From a virus, in the IMG/VR virus record IMGVR_UViG_3300029479_000009, positions 1 through 41,147 of that record: a DNA stretch of 41,147 nucleotides; one strand, 5' to 3'. Made by a program: the position numbers and the translations under genes. The notes beneath the pieces are model-generated. The model saw only the letters and a program-made list of their open reading frames with translations. It did not search any database and had not been told where the DNA came from. Shown here in pieces: positions 40,332-41,147 of this stretch. Each line of letters begins with the position of its first letter. Within the stretch, counting starts at the first letter, position 1.

Positions 40332-40423
40332 CGACTCTGCCGACTTTTTGCAGACCCGGGGAGCTGGAGTATAAGGGATTATACAGGAGCATTCCGGAGA
40401 ATCCCTTATACTGAAAGTAACGA

Positions 40424-40468
40424 AAAACCCGCATGAATCCAAGAAAATCAAGGATTCATGCGGGTTTT
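40424..40468. terminator. Bidirectional terminator between the accessory operon and attP/int
   Basis: AAAACCCGCATGAATCC-(11 nt)-GGATTCATGCGGGTTTT. Confidence 0.8.
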
Positions 40469-40472
40469 CATT

Positions 40473-40510
40473 TGGTGCGAAGGAGGGGATTTGAACCCCT
40501 CAAAACGCAC
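40473..40510 (-). other. attP core candidate: 3' end of a tRNA gene (T arm + acceptor 3' strand + CCA), no 5' half present
   Basis: The reverse complement reads GTGCGTTTTGAGGGGTTCAAATCCCCTCCTTCGCACCA. No matching GCGAAGG 5' strand occurs within 90 nt. It lies 43 nt downstream of the int stop. Confidence 0.65.
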
Positions 40511-40552
40511 GAAATACAACCACATTTTTGATTTTGCAGACTTTTTGCAGAC

Positions 40553-41147
40553 CTAGGGCTTTTGGTCTGGCATTTCGTCTGCCTTTTTTTGCAGACCTTT
40601 TTGGCCTGCCTGGCCGCTGACATACGCATCCAGCTGGGCATAGTATTTTTGATCTTCGGACTCCCGAAGCTGCTGATATACCCGGCGGGTTGTCATGATG
40701 TCGGCATGGCCCATAAGCTTCTGGGCCACAAGATCCGGCACGCCTGCATAAAAAAGATTTGTTGCATAGAAGTGCCGAAACTGGTGGGCGGTGACAACCG
40801 CTTTCCACTTGTAGTAGGTGCGCACCTTGTCAGGATGACCTTTTACTTTAGCGTGTTTTTCAATCCGAATACTCAAGCCAAGCGGGCGACAATACATCGC
40901 CCATTTCCAATCATATTTTGAGCTGGTAAGAGGCTTATCTTCTTCGGAAAGGACATACTCCCAAGGCTTATGCATGAGCTTACGCTCTTCAAGCATGGGC
41001 CTCAACGGCGAAAGAATCGGGATATCTCGGTAGCCCATATCTGACTTTGGAGTCTCTAGATATGGCTGGTTTTTATCCCATGGCATCTGCTCCCTCACCC
41101 GGATGACGCCTTTTTCAAGATCAACGTTCTCCCATTTGAGCCCATTG
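40553..41147 (-). CDS. int: Tyrosine integrase, C-terminal catalytic part (joins 676..1 across the circular junction)
   Basis: ...VTAHQFRHFYATNLF... and ...LMGHADIMTTRRVYQ... give the HxxR and catalytic Tyr context. Stop TAG at 40553-55. Collapsing the overlap yields one 1194-nt ORF (397 aa). Confidence 0.9.
   Translation of the reverse strand, partial: NGLKWENVDLEKGVIRVREQMPWDKNQPYLETPKSDMGYRDIPILSPLRPMLEERKLMHKPWEYVLSEEDKPLTSSKYDWKWAMYCRPLGLSIRIEKHAKVKGHPDKVRTYYKWKAVVTAHQFRHFYATNLFYAGVPDLVAQKLMGHADIMTTRRVYQQLRESEDQKYYAQLDAYVSGQAGQKGLQKKADEMPDQKP
41071..41147. repeat. Terminal overlap copy 2 (identical to 1-77)
   Basis: Direct comparison of the window ends. Confidence 0.95.

Larger units (their letters stand above)
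40347..40596 (+). repeat. Four direct copies of TTTGCAGAC flanking the attP core (candidate integrase arm-type sites)
   Basis: Copies at 40347-55, 40533-41, 40544-52 and 40588-96, all in the same orientation. The last lies inside the int 3' coding end. Confidence 0.5.

Noticed and set aside
1-41147. Diversity-generating retroelement, retron, toxin-antitoxin pair or transposon
   Set aside because: No reverse transcriptase, transposase or template/variable repeat pair was seen in any frame. The RHH and XRE genes lack an adjacent recognisable toxin, so no TA call is supported.

Overview
This window is a complete, circularly closed temperate siphovirus-type phage genome. The two window ends are an exact 77-bp overlap (1-77 = 41071-41147) that falls inside the tyrosine integrase gene, so the unique length is 41,070 bp.

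Layout:
- 1-4.7 kb, mostly minus strand: int plus an XRE regulator, a second small switch, and an AT-rich moron operon (secreted protein plus membrane-anchored DnaQ-like exonuclease-BRCT).
- 4.4-5.3 kb: CI/Cro-type switch with ATCTAGAT operators over a consensus promoter.
- 5.1-14.5 kb, plus strand: early/replication block. It holds many small proteins, a Gly/Ser/Tyr low-complexity ORF, a Rad52-like SSAP, NinB, SSB, a replication initiator with internal ori iterons, ParA/ParB and a late-regulator candidate.
- 14.5-15.4 kb: a largely non-coding hub with 11 TGTCCG iterons, a structured leader, an aberrant tRNA-like gene bracketed by a 17-bp palindrome, one weak small ORF, and tRNA-CAU.
- 15.4-35 kb: late block. 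It starts with a DNA methyltransferase split at a G6 tract, then HNH, TerS and TerL. The head module is HK97-type (portal, ClpP protease, capsid with an Ig/cadherin-like tail, connectors). The tail module holds the major tail protein, a G/GT chaperone with a -1 frameshift, the tape measure, Dit, Tal, and a mosaic low-GC fibre carrying a metallophosphoesterase domain. A GH25 endolysin and holins close the block.
- 35.4-40.4 kb: attP-proximal accessory region. It has two cassettes with duplicated promoter/operator and hairpin flanks encoding acidic small proteins, an HTH gene, an RHH gene, and a compositionally odd five-gene operon.
- 40.47-40.51 kb: attP core carrying the 3' end of a tRNA, flanked by TTTGCAGAC repeats.

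No rRNA, CRISPR array, transposase or reverse transcriptase was seen. Family assignments come from motifs read in the translations, not from database searches. The host is probably a high-GC Firmicutes/Clostridia lineage, but this is a guess.

The best candidates for something undescribed are:
- the Gly/Ser/Tyr ORF
- the iteron/tRNA-like hub with its dispersed palindrome
- the duplicated acidic-protein cassettes
- the 37.4-40.3 kb operon
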